From: an uncultured Microthrixaceae bacterium
Lineage (GTDB): Bacteria > Actinomycetota > Acidimicrobiia > Acidimicrobiales > VFJN01
DNA: 64,000 nt
Direction: 5' to 3'
Assembly: GCA_963727905.1 (NCBI GenBank)
Contig: CAVSIC010000039.1
Coordinates: 263,663 to 327,662, forward strand
Shown: piece by piece, positions 19,571 to 29,685 of the stretch
How the letters are laid out: the number at the start of each line of letters is the position of its first letter
Position numbering within the stretch: the stretch's first letter is position 1
The notes under the pieces: model-generated
The model's database searches: none
Seen by the model: only the letters and a program-made list of their open reading frames with translations
Told to the model about the DNA's origin: nothing
Position numbers and translations under genes: made by a program

Positions 19571-20245
19571 ATGCGCTCGGCAACCCTCGCCAAGCTGGCC
19601 CTCACCGCCACGGTGGGGATCGGCGCTCTCATCGGTCAGGCGAACATCGCCTCGGCCGGCCCCGGCCCGGTCATCAAGGCCGCTCCCACCACGCCCACCA
19701 CCGTCAAGCCGATCCCGGCTGACCCGGCGGACTACTGCGACATCCACCTCTGCCTCGAGTCCACCCCGGTGGACCCGCAGCCGGACCCGCCCTTCGACCC
19801 GGACCTGCCCATCGCGCAGCCCGAGGACGACGACGACTGCCCGGCCCAGATGCCCAACTGCGACAAGGCGCCGCCGCCCCAGGACGACGACGACCCCGAG
19901 GAGCCCTTCGACCCCGATCTCCCGCTCGACGGACCCGACCAGGGTTGCCAGCTGACCCACGGCTGCCCCGGCGAGGACGTGCCCGGCGACGACGAGCCCT
20001 GCCGCTCCGACCTCGACGCCCGCACCAACTGCGAGGGCGGGACCGATGGCACGCCGACGGATGACGGCACCACCGGCGGGACCGACGGCACCCCGGACGA
20101 CGGCACCACCGGCGGCTCCGGCGGTCGCCTGCCGAAGACCGGCGTCGAGATCATGAGCCTGGTCGGCCTGGGTGCCGGCGGGGTCGGCATCGGGGCGGCG
20201 CTCAAGCGCCTCGGCCGCCGCAACGAGGAGGACGAGGAGCAGTAG
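19571..20245 (+). CDS. Secreted Asp/Pro/Cys-rich LPKTG cell-wall-anchored protein
   Basis: RBS AAGGAG; signal peptide ..ANIASA; LPKTG + hydrophobic helix + KRLGRR tail. Confidence 0.8.
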   Translation: MRSATLAKLALTATVGIGALIGQANIASAGPGPVIKAAPTTPTTVKPIPADPADYCDIHLCLESTPVDPQPDPPFDPDLPIAQPEDDDDCPAQMPNCDKAPPPQDDDDPEEPFDPDLPLDGPDQGCQLTHGCPGEDVPGDDEPCRSDLDARTNCEGGTDGTPTDDGTTGGTDGTPDDGTTGGSGGRLPKTGVEIMSLVGLGAGGVGIGAALKRLGRRNEEDEEQ

Positions 20246-20300
20246 CTCGTCCAGCAGGCACTCGGTTCGAGCCACCCGCTCAGGCTCACCGAGCGAGGCA

Positions 20301-20336
20301 GCCGCCCCCTCCCCCCGTTCCAGGGGAGGGGGCGGC
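20301..20336. terminator. GC-rich hairpin downstream of the LPKTG gene
   Basis: gccgccccctcccc-N8-ggggagggggcggc, 14-bp perfect stem. Confidence 0.6.
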
Positions 20337-20404
20337 GCCGCGTCGACATGCTGGCTGCGGCTCGGGCGCACTCCGGCTAGCCCTCGCCCGCGTATGGTCC
20401 CGGG

Positions 20405-21202
20405 ATGGCCGGCACCGCAGGGACCCACCGACTCGTGCTCCTCCGCCACGGCGAGAGCACGTGGAACCGGGAGAACCTCTTCACCGGTTGGTGGGACGCC
20501 CCGCTCACCCAGCTCGGCGAGGAGCAAGCCCAGTCGGGCGGGGTCCTCATGGCCCGGCGGGACGTGCGCCCGGACATCGTCCACACGTCGCTGCAGACCC
20601 GGGCCATCCGCACCGCCGAGCTGGCCCTCGGCGCGATGGGGCGCTCGTGGATCCCGGTGCGGCGCGACTGGCGGCTCAACGAGCGCCACTACGGCGATCT
20701 CACCGGTCGCAACAAGGCGGAGACGCAGGAGCGCTTCGGGGCCGAGCAGGTCCTCGTCTGGCGCCGCAGCTACGACGTCCCGCCGCCCCCGATCGCCGAC
20801 GACAACGAGCACAACCCCAACTACGACGAGCGCTACGCCCAGGTCCCCCCGGGGGAGCTCCCGCTCGCCGAGTGCCTCAAGGACGTCGTCGAGCGCCTCC
20901 AGCCCTATTGGGACGAGGTGCTGGCCCCCGATCTCCGTTCGGGGCTCACCGTCCTCGTCGGCGCCCATGGGAACAGCCTCCGGGCGATGGTGAAGCGCCT
21001 CGACGGCATCTCCGACGACGGCATCGTCGAGCTCAACATCCCCACCGGAGAACCGCTCGTCTACGAGCTGGGCGACGACCTCCGACCGCTGGAGGCGCTC
21101 CCGGTCGAGGAGCGCTACCTCCGCAGCGTCGAGGAGATCCGGGCGGCCGCGGACGCGGTGCGCCGCCAGGCCGAGGGCGACCACCCCCAGGGCGAGGTGT
21201 AG
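20405..21202 (+). CDS. gpmA: 2,3-BPG-dependent phosphoglycerate mutase
   Basis: [45 protein letters not shown]. Confidence 0.96.
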   Translation: MAGTAGTHRLVLLRHGESTWNRENLFTGWWDAPLTQLGEEQAQSGGVLMARRDVRPDIVHTSLQTRAIRTAELALGAMGRSWIPVRRDWRLNERHYGDLTGRNKAETQERFGAEQVLVWRRSYDVPPPPIADDNEHNPNYDERYAQVPPGELPLAECLKDVVERLQPYWDEVLAPDLRSGLTVLVGAHGNSLRAMVKRLDGISDDGIVELNIPTGEPLVYELGDDLRPLEALPVEERYLRSVEEIRAAADAVRRQAEGDHPQGEV

Positions 21203-21211
21203 CTAGCCCTC

Positions 21212-21733
21212 TCAGGCCTCGCGGGCAGTCGTCCCTCCGAGGCCGACCCCGCCGGCGCTGCGCTCGAGGAGGTAGCCGCGGGAGCGGACCGTGCGGATGG
21301 CGAGGGCCAGCGGCCCCAGCCGGCGCCGGAGCCGGAGCATGTGCACGTCGAGGGCGTTCCGGCCCGGGGCGCCGGCCGGCCAGCCCGCCCGGGCAAGAGC
21401 GTCACGCGAGACCACGGCCCCGTAGCGGTCGAGCAGGGCCGCCATCAGGCGGGCCTCCACCGGCGGGAGCGACACCCAGGCCCCGCCGAGGCGGAGCACG
21501 CCGTCCTCGTCGAGGTCCGGCACGGACGGGGCCTCGCACCGCCGCCGCAGCCCGTCCACCCGGGCCCGCAGGTCCTCCTCCGACGCGGGGACGCGGATCC
21601 AGTCCTCCAGATCGTCTTCGGGCACCGGCGGGGGCACCCCGTCCTCGAGCAGCAGCAACCGGGGACGGCCGGCGAGCTCGAGCTCTCCACGCCGCACTTG
21701 CTCCGCGGGCCAACGCACGAGGACGACATCCAC
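21212..21733 (-). CDS. OmpR-type winged-helix regulator with truncated, atypical receiver
   Basis: C-terminal LPPVEARLM..VVSRDAL..NALDVHMLRLRRRL..IRTVRSRGY (Trans_reg_C); probably leaderless (TACCTT 7 nt upstream of GTG). Confidence 0.85.
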   Translation of the reverse strand: MDVVLVRWPAEQVRRGELELAGRPRLLLLEDGVPPPVPEDDLEDWIRVPASEEDLRARVDGLRRRCEAPSVPDLDEDGVLRLGGAWVSLPPVEARLMAALLDRYGAVVSRDALARAGWPAGAPGRNALDVHMLRLRRRLGPLALAIRTVRSRGYLLERSAGGVGLGGTTAREA

Positions 21734-21756
21734 CCGTCAGAAGGTAAGGAGGCCCT

Positions 21757-21783
21757 GTTTCGCGACTGTTTCGGCCCGGTGAA
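21757..21783 (-). promoter_or_regulatory. GlnR-box-like site
   Basis: Minus strand TTCAC-n6-GAAAC-n6-GAAAC, 11-bp periodicity, just upstream of a -10-like TACCTT. Confidence 0.55.
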
Positions 21784-21850
21784 GCGTTCAGGAGCCTCCG
21801 GCGGCGAGGATCCAGCGCACGCATGGTCGTGGATACCTATGCTGCGCGCC

Positions 21851-22270
21851 ATGGCACGCTCACCCATCGACCACCTCGCTTCGGTGTCCTTGTTCTCCGC
21901 GTGCTCGAAGAAGGAGCTGCAGGCGGTGGCGCGGGCGTCCGACCAGGTCGACCTCGCCGAAGGCCGGGCCCTCTGCGAGCAGGGCAGCATCGGACGCGAG
22001 GCGTTCATCATCCTCGAGGGCACCGCGGAGGTGAAGCGCAACGGCAAGAAGGTCGCGACCCTCAAGGCGGGCGACACCTTCGGAGAGCTGGCGCTCCTCG
22101 ACCACGGGCCGCGCACGGCCACCGTCACGGCCACGACGCCGCTGAAGGTGCTCGTGATCGGCGCCCGCGAGTTCGCAGGCGTGATCGACGAGGTCCCGCC
22201 GATCGCGCACAAGCTCCTGAAGGCGCTCGCCGCCCTCGTCCGGGAGCTCGACACCAAGCTCTACGGCTGA
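21851..22270 (+). CDS. Stand-alone cyclic nucleotide-binding protein
   Basis: LCEQGSIGREAFIILEG..GDTFGELALLDHGPRTATV. Confidence 0.9.
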   Translation: MARSPIDHLASVSLFSACSKKELQAVARASDQVDLAEGRALCEQGSIGREAFIILEGTAEVKRNGKKVATLKAGDTFGELALLDHGPRTATVTATTPLKVLVIGAREFAGVIDEVPPIAHKLLKALAALVRELDTKLYG

Positions 22271-22274
22271 GGCT

Positions 22275-24479
22275 CTAGAGCGAGGAGTCCTGGGGGAGCG
22301 GGCGGGTGCCGGCGGCGTCGCCGGCCTCCAGCGCCGCGAGCACGTGCATGGAGATGTCGGCGACCTGCACCGTCTCCTCGGCGCCGGCGGCCTTCACGCC
22401 GTCGTCGAGCATGATGTAGCAGAACGGGCAGGCGGTCGCGACCTTGGTCGCGCCGGTGGCGATGAGCTCCTCGGCGCGCTCGTCGTTGACCTTCTTGCCG
22501 ATGCTCTCCTCCATCCACATGCGGGCGCCGCCGGCGCCGCAGCACATGCCGGTAGTGCCGTTGCGGCCCGCCTCCACGACCTCGACGCCACCGAGGCTGC
22601 CGATCACCTTGCGGGGCGAGAGGTACACGTCGTTGTGGCGGCCGAGGTAGCAGGAGTCGTGGTACACGACGCGCTCCTCGAGCCGGGCCTCGCTCATGTC
22701 GAGCTTCCCGGACTCGATCAGCCACTCGAGCAGCTGGCTGTGGTGGATCACCTCGAAGTGCCCGCCGAGCTGCGGGTACTCGTTGAGCATCGTGTTGAAG
22801 CAGTGGGGGCACTGCGTGATGATCTTCTTCACACCCATGCCGTTGAGCGTCTCGATGTTGGCCATGGCCAGCATCTGGAAGATGTACTCGTTGCCCGAGC
22901 GACGGGCGGGGTCGCCGGTGCAGCTCTCGGACGGGCCGAGGATGGCGAAGTCGATGCCGGCCCGCTGCAGGAGCTTGGCCATCGCCTGGCTGACCTTCTG
23001 GTTCTTGTCGTCGAACGACCCGGCGCAGCCGACCCAGTAGAGGTACTCGTGGTCGAACGCGTCGCCGGGCTCCACGATCGTGACGCCCTCGACCTTGTTG
23101 GCCCACAGGGCCCGGTCGCTCTGGCTCATGCCCCAGGGGTTCCCCGAGTTCTCCATGCCGCGGTACGCGGTGCCGAGCTCCGTCGGGAAGTCCGACTCCA
23201 TCAGCGAGAGGTACCGGCGCATGTCGAGGATCTTGTCGAGGATCTCGATGTTCACCGGGCAGATCTCGTCGCAGGCCTTGCACGTGGTGCAGGCCCACAC
23301 CTCCTCGGAGGTGATCCGCTCGAAGAGGCTGTTGGCCCCCACCGTGATCTCGGGATCCACGCCGAGGGGCGGTGACACCGCGGGAGAGCCGGTCCGGGCC
23401 ATGACCTCACCGGTCTTCAGCACGATCTCGCGGGGGTCGAGGGGCTTGCCGGTGGCGTGGGCCGGGCACACCGACGTGCAGCGGCCGCACATGGTGCAGG
23501 CGTCGGTGTCGAGGAGCTGCTTCCAGGTGAAGTCCTCGATGGTGGAGGCGCCGAAGCTCTCGAGCTCGGTCTCCATGAGGTTCGGCATCGGCCGCATGGC
23601 GCCCTTGGGCCGCTCGCGGTCCTTCAGGTACATGTTGATCGGCGAGGTGAACATGTGCCGCAGCATCGTCACCGGGATGATCGCCACGAAGAGGAAGAAG
23701 CTGGCGACGTGGGCGGCCCACCAGATCTGGTGGACGCCGTGCAGGTTGCCGGCCCCGTCGATCAGGCCCGAGATCGGATAGGAGACGAACGACCACTTCT
23801 CGTGGTCGGGGCGCCCGGCGATCGCGACGCGCCACACCTCGGAGCCGAAGCCCGTCACCCCGATGGTGAGCATCGTGCCCAGGATCAGCGCGTGCTCCGG
23901 CTTGGTCTTGATCCGGATGCGGTACGGGCGCTGCACGTATCGGCGGAGGATCGCCCAGACCAGGCCGATGATGAGCGTGACGCCGGCGAAGTCCCCGATG
24001 GCGGAGTACCCGCGGTACACGTCGCCGTGGAGGAACTTCCAGCTCTCGGGGACCTGGTGGTTGGCCTCCAGCACCAGGGTCACCGCGAACAGGATCAGGA
24101 ACGAGAAGTAGATGAGGCTGTGCATCAGCCCGGCGGCCGAGTCGCGCAGCAGGGTCTTCATGTAGACGCCGGCCCGGAAGTCGCGCAGGCGGCGCTTCAC
24201 GTTCTTCGGGGTGGTGGCGCGGTTGTCCGGCGCCCCCCGCTCCCAGTTCCGCACCCGCTGGCTGAAGAGGACCGACCCGTAGAGGATCAGGATCGGGAAG
24301 ACCACGTAGAAGACCAGCTTCCACGCGCCCGGGATGTTCCCGAAGACCACGCGCTGGACATCGCTGTCCTCGTCGTGGAACTGGAAGACCGTGGCGGCCA
24401 CACCCGACCCGATGGTGATCAAGGTGAGCAGGACACCGACGCCGATCGCGATCTGGTGAGGCTTCAGTCGGGACTTCAC
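22275..24479 (-). CDS. Membrane Fe-S oxidoreductase (FadF/HdrD-like, CCG domains)
   Basis: TM N-terminus, CTMCGRCTSVCP, CTTCKACDEICP, YHDSCYLGR, CCGAGG; start estimated. Confidence 0.9.
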   Translation of the reverse strand: MKSRLKPHQIAIGVGVLLTLITIGSGVAATVFQFHDEDSDVQRVVFGNIPGAWKLVFYVVFPILILYGSVLFSQRVRNWERGAPDNRATTPKNVKRRLRDFRAGVYMKTLLRDSAAGLMHSLIYFSFLILFAVTLVLEANHQVPESWKFLHGDVYRGYSAIGDFAGVTLIIGLVWAILRRYVQRPYRIRIKTKPEHALILGTMLTIGVTGFGSEVWRVAIAGRPDHEKWSFVSYPISGLIDGAGNLHGVHQIWWAAHVASFFLFVAIIPVTMLRHMFTSPINMYLKDRERPKGAMRPMPNLMETELESFGASTIEDFTWKQLLDTDACTMCGRCTSVCPAHATGKPLDPREIVLKTGEVMARTGSPAVSPPLGVDPEITVGANSLFERITSEEVWACTTCKACDEICPVNIEILDKILDMRRYLSLMESDFPTELGTAYRGMENSGNPWGMSQSDRALWANKVEGVTIVEPGDAFDHEYLYWVGCAGSFDDKNQKVSQAMAKLLQRAGIDFAILGPSESCTGDPARRSGNEYIFQMLAMANIETLNGMGVKKIITQCPHCFNTMLNEYPQLGGHFEVIHHSQLLEWLIESGKLDMSEARLEERVVYHDSCYLGRHNDVYLSPRKVIGSLGGVEVVEAGRNGTTGMCCGAGGARMWMEESIGKKVNDERAEELIATGATKVATACPFCYIMLDDGVKAAGAEETVQVADISMHVLAALEAGDAAGTRPLPQDSSL

Positions 24480-24504
24480 GGGGCTGACCGTACAAGACCC
24501 CTGT

Positions 24505-25080
24505 TCAGCCCTGGAAGTTCTCCCAGTAGCGGCTCGGCGTGGGGCCGCGCTGGCCTTGGTACTTCGAGCCGAGCGTGCCGGACCCGTAGGGCACATCAGC
24601 GGGCGTCGTCATGCGCAAGAAGCTGATCTGGCCGATCTTCATGCCGGGGTAGAGCGTGATCGGGAGGCTGGCCACGTTGGACAGCTCCAACGTGATGTGG
24701 CCGTCGAACCCGGCGTCGATGAACCCCGCGGTGGAGTGGATCAGGAGCCCGAGCCGGCCCAATGAGCTCTTCCCCTCGACGCGTCCGACGACATCGTCAG
24801 GAAGTGCGACCCGCTCGTAGGTGGAGCCGAGGACGAACTCGCCCGGGTGGAGGATGAAGGCCCGCTCCGCCTCGCCCTCCGGGATCTCCACCAGGCGGGT
24901 GAGCTCCTCCAGGTTCTGCTTCACGTCGATGACGGCCATCGTGTGGTTGAGGAAGACCCGGAAGTAGCGATCCAGCCGCACGTCGACGGAAGCGGGCTGC
25001 ACGAGCCCCTCGTCGAAGGGCTCGAGCACGATGCGCCCGGCGGCGAGCTCCTCGCGGATGGTGCGGTCGGACAGGATCAC
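24505..25080 (-). CDS. dcd: dCTP deaminase
   Basis: [40 protein letters not shown]. Confidence 0.96.
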   Translation of the reverse strand: MILSDRTIREELAAGRIVLEPFDEGLVQPASVDVRLDRYFRVFLNHTMAVIDVKQNLEELTRLVEIPEGEAERAFILHPGEFVLGSTYERVALPDDVVGRVEGKSSLGRLGLLIHSTAGFIDAGFDGHITLELSNVASLPITLYPGMKIGQISFLRMTTPADVPYGSGTLGSKYQGQRGPTPSRYWENFQG

Positions 25081-25125
25081 GGCGATGAACCTAGTGCCAC
25101 CCTCCGGCTACGCTGACCGGTCCCT

Positions 25126-25196
25126 GCGGGTGTAGTTCAGAGGCAGAACATCAGCTTCCCAAGCTGAGAACGCGGGTTCGATTCCCGTCACCCGCT
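25126..25196 (+). tRNA. tRNA-Gly (CCC), CCA not encoded
   Basis: GCGGGTG acceptor / CACCCGC-T; anticodon arm TCAGC-TTCCCAA-GCTGA; T-loop GGTTCGATTCC. Confidence 0.96.
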
Positions 25197-25202
25197 CGCA
25201 GC

Positions 25203-25241
25203 AACGACAGCGGCCCCGCCAGTGGCGGGGCCGCTGTCGTT
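25203..25241. terminator. Bidirectional intrinsic terminator between the tRNA and the convergent repeat-protein gene
   Basis: aacgacagcggccccgcc-agt-ggcggggccgctgtcgtt, perfect 18-bp stem. Confidence 0.75.
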
Positions 25242-25259
25242 CTCGTGTGTGGCGCTGGG

Positions 25260-28200
25260 CTACGCCAGGTGGCGGGCCGTCCGGCGCAGGCCGAACCCGG
25301 CGAGCAGGAGCATGAGCGCCACGGCCGCCTCGACCTCGAGCGGGCCACCGGTGCGGGGCAGGCCCGGGGTCTTCTCGGTCTCGGGGACGTCGTCGCACTT
25401 CGACGGGTCGCCGATGATCGCGGTGCCGTCCGACACGTTGCTGGCCTCGCCCTGGTTGCTGACGATGCCGCTGCCGTCGGCGATCTGCTCGAGCTCGGCC
25501 CGGTTGACCGAGTCGTTGCCCACGCCCCGGTTGAGGCCGGCGTTGGCCAGGCCGAGACCCGCGTTGGTCGTCCCGCCGGCGATCGTGGAGATCGCCAGGG
25601 CGCTGTCGACGTCGGCCTCCTGGCCGAAGGTGGTGTCCGACTGGTTGCCGATGCCCGTGGCGTTGCCACTGGCCACCAGGGCCGTGCCGTCGGAGCTGTT
25701 GGAGCCCGTGACGCCGTTGCTGGCGATCTGGGGGCCGACCAGCGGCAGGCCGTCGATGGCGTCGTCGATGTTGCTCGACTGCCCCGCGTTGGCGAAGTTC
25801 ATCGACGAGTTGCCGATGGCCTCGTTGAGCCCGGAGTTGGCGATGCCGACGCCGAGGTTGAGCACGCCGCCGGCCTGGGTGAGCAGCACCACGCCGCCGC
25901 CCGTCGACAGGTCGAGGTCCTGCACCAGGTCGGTGGTGGACTCGTTGCCGCTGGCCGTGGCGTCACCGGTGCACACGCACGCCTCGCCGTCGGACGAGTT
26001 GGAGGCGTCGGCCGAGTTGGATGCCACGATCGGACCGAGCGCCGTGATGTCGCTCGGGTCGGGGTTGGCGGGGCCGGACGAGATCGTGGCGGACTGGACC
26101 ACGCCGTCCGTGAAGTCCGGTGCGGGCGAGATGGCGTTGGAGGACTCGTTGCCCACCGCCCGATTGGCTCCGGTGTTGGCCACGCCGATGCCGATGTTGG
26201 CCACACCACCGACCTGGGTGCCGATCACGAGCCCCGCGTCGTCGACCGACGACACCAGGCCTTGTCGAAGGGTGGTGGTCGACGCGTTGCCGCTGGCCAC
26301 CGCGTTGCCGGTCTTCACCTTGGCGTGGCCATCGGAGCTGTTGGCCGCCGTGGCGGTGTTGCTCGCGGCGAGCGGGCCGAGCGCCGCGATGGTCAGGTCG
26401 TCCACGCCGTTCTGGTTGTCTGCGCCGACGGAGGCCTCCTGGTCGACCCCGACGTCGTTCGGGGAGCCGAGGTCCTGGTTGCCCGAGTCGTTGCCGATGG
26501 CGACGTTCACGCCGCTGTTCGCCACACCGACGCCGACGTTGGCCACGCCAGCCACCTGCGTGCCGATGAGGCCGCCGAGGCCGGTGACGGAGCTCTCCGG
26601 GTCCTGCGACAGGTGGGTGGCGGATCGGTTGCCGTTGGCCCACGCATCGCCGGTGGCGATCTCGGCTGACCCGTCCGAACCGTTCGTGGCCGAGCCGCTG
26701 TTGGTGGCCGCGAGGGGCAGCGCGGCGACGACGTCGACGTCACCGGTGTTCCCCGAGCCGATGCTGGCCCGCTGGCTGACGCTGGCGGCGTCGTTGCTCG
26801 AGCCGTTGCCGGTGGCGAAGTTGAAGCCCGTGTTGGCCCCGGCCAGGCCGACGTTGGCGACCGTGGCGACCTGCGTGTCGAGGACGAACCCGGCGCCCGA
26901 GATCGCGGCGCCCGTCACCTGGTCGAGGTGGGTCGACGAGACGTTGCCGACGGCGGCCGCGTCGCCCGTGACGATGCGGGCACTTCCATCGGACGCGTTC
27001 CCGATCGTGCCGCTGTTGCTGGCGAGGACCTGGGGAGCAGCGACCACGGCGTCGCCCCCGTTCTGGGTCCCCAGGTTCGCGTTCTGGCTGAGGCCGGCCA
27101 CGGAGAACGAGTCGTTGCCCGTGGCCTCGTTGCCGCCGGTGATCGCACCGGCCGCGCCCACGTTGAGGACCAGGGCCGCCTGCGTGTTGACGGCGAACCC
27201 GATCCCGTCGATCGACCCGTCCTCGGTCTGGCTCACCGCCGTGTCGCTGTGGTTGCCGGTGGCCGTGGCGTCACCGGTGGTGATCGACGCACTGCCGTCG
27301 GAGGTGTTGCTGCCCTCGAGCGTGTTGGAGCCGATGATGGCGAGCCCCGCGATGGTGGTGGCGAGGCCGGGGCCGGTCGCCTCGGACCCGATCTGGACGA
27401 CCTGCTCGGTCTGCTGCTGCGGCAGGACGTCGGAGTTGTTCCCGAACGCCTCGTTGGCGCCGGTGTCGGCCCCCGCCGCCCCGGCGTTGACGACGAGCGC
27501 CGCCTGGGTGTTGACCACCAGGCCCGCCCCGCCGATCGCCGCATCAGAGGCCTGCGACGACGGAGGTGGCGCTCTCGTTGCCGGAGGCGGTGGCATCGCC
27601 GGTGGTGATGTCGGCGCTGCCGTCCGTCGTGACGGACAGGTCCGCGCTGTTGGACCCGATGAGGGCGCCGTACATCGTGACCGGCTCCTCGCCCGTCCCG
27701 AGGTCGACGTACTGGGAGCCGTTCAGCGGGTTGAAGCTGTTGTTGCCGATGTCGAAGTTGCCACCGGTGTTGGCATCGGCCACGCCGAGGTTGACCACGT
27801 CGGCGACCTGCGAGGGGAGCACGAGCCCGGTCGGGTCGATGACCTGGTCGAGGTCGGTGCTGGAGGTGTTCCCCGTGGCCCTGGCGTCGCCCGTGGTGAT
27901 CGAGGCGGTCCCGTCGGACGAGTTCGCCACCGACGCGGTGTTGCTGAGCACGACCGGGCCGATCTGGGTGCCCGCCAGGGTGGCGAGGTCCTGGTTGGCG
28001 GTGGTGGCGCTGCCCGACCAGTTGCCGGTGGCGTCGTTGTCCCCGGTGGTGGCCGTGGCGAGGCCGACGTTCTGCACACCGCTGACCTGCGGGAGGACGT
28101 TGAACACGTCGCCCTTGGCGACGGCCTCCTGGCTGACGTGGCTGGCGGAGCCGTTGCCCAACGCCCACGCGTCGCCCGTGTCGACGGTGGCATCGCCGTC

Positions 28201-29499
28201 GGAGCTGTTGCTGGCCGACGCCTGGAACGCGCTGACCCCGAAGAGGGGGAGCTCCCCGTTGTGCGCCTGGCTGATGGCGGCATCGTTGTCGCTGCGGTTG
28301 CCGATCGCGCTGTTCCCGCCGCTGCTCGCGTTGCCGAAGCCGGCGTTGAGGACGCTCGTCAGCTGGGAGGTGAGGGCCCCGGGGCCGGTGACGTCGCCCG
28401 TGGCGGTCTGGTCGACCGCGCTCGAGGAGCGGTTGCCGGCGGCGGTGGCGTTGCCGGTGTTGATCCCGGCCGTGCCGTCGCTCGCGTTCGACGCCTCGGC
28501 CGTGTTGGAGACGACGCCGGTGACGATGGGGATGCCGCCATCCGGGTTGCGCTGGAAGATGCCGGCGCCTTCGGGGAGGCCGAAGCCGTCGTCGGTGTTC
28601 ACCGAGTCGTTGCCGATGGCGAAGTTGTCGCCGGTGGTGGCCTGGGCGAGGCCGACGTTGGCGACCAGCGCGCCCTGCTCGATGATCACGAGGCCGCCGA
28701 CGTCGCCACCCGTGGAGCCGGCGCCCGACTGCATGAGCTTGGTGTCGGACTCGTTGCCGATCGCGGCGGCGTTGCCGGTGCTGATCGTGGCCTTGCCGTC
28801 GGAGTCGTTGCGGGCCTTGCCGTTGTTGGCGGCCAGCCCGGCGTTGGCCTGGGCGAGCTGGTCGAGGATCGAGTCGTTGGTCGACGAGTTCCCGGTCGCG
28901 TTGTTCTGGCCGGAGTCGGCGAGGGCCACGCCGCTGTTCAGCACCGCCGCGTTCTGCCCGATGATGATGATGCCGCCGAGCGTGCCCTGCGCGCTGGTGG
29001 CGTCCTGGGTGAGGTTGGTCGTCGACTGGTTGCCGACCGCGGACGCGTTGCCGGTGGAGACGAAGGCCGAGCCGGTGCTCCCGTTGTGCGCCGAGCCCGA
29101 GTTGACCGCCGGACCGAGCAGGTTCAGGGCGTCCTGGGTGCCGCTGGCGGTGTTGACGGAGCGGTTGCCCGTGGCGGTGTTGCCACCCGTGTTGGCCACC
29201 GCCAGGCCGGCGTTGCCGATCGCCGCGTTCTGGTTGGTGACCTGGAGGCCGCCGAGCGCGCCGGACGCAGAGGCCCCCTGGTTGGTGTTGGAGCCCGACC
29301 GGTTGCCGACGGCCTCGGCGTCACCCGAGTGGGCCGCCCCGGCGCCGTCGGACGTCGTGCCTGCGTCGCTCAGGTCGTCCGCCTGGGCGGCCGAGGCCCC
29401 CAGCAACGTGACGAGGGCACCGCCTGACAGCGAGAGCGCGAGGTTCCGGACGAACCGGCCGCTCGTACGGGTCAGGACATCACCGGTGGTGCTGGTCAA
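25260..29499 (-). CDS. Gly/Asn-rich repeat surface protein A, LPRTG-anchored; +1 frameshift near 27557
   Basis: ORFs 27544..29499 (TTG start, GGGGAG RBS, signal ..SAAQA) and 25260..27596 join; 13 NxSDG..TG[DN]A.A.GN repeats; LPRTG + TM + RR tail. Confidence 0.85.
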
Positions 29500-29533
29500 C
29501 GCGACTCCCCTGGCAGGACGACAAATCCGGTGG

Positions 29534-29555
29534 ATCGTACCCCGCGCGGTACTGC
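29534..29555 (-). promoter_or_regulatory. Candidate promoter element GCAGTAC-N9-TACGAT
   Basis: -10-like TACGAT; same architecture found upstream of paralogue B. Confidence 0.4.
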
Positions 29556-29629
29556 GCGCGGTACAACCCTCGGGCCAGAGTTATCCCCAGATTTCTGGGG
29601 ATTCCCCGGGCCGATCTGGGCCGAGAACG

Positions 29630-29663
29630 ACGAACGCCCCGCCGTTGCCGGCGGGGCGTTCGT
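29630..29663 (-). terminator. Intrinsic terminator after repeat protein B
   Basis: acgaacgccccgccg-ttgc-cggcggggcgttcgt, 15-bp stem. Confidence 0.7.
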
Positions 29664-29685
29664 GGCTGGCTCAGTGAGCCAGATC

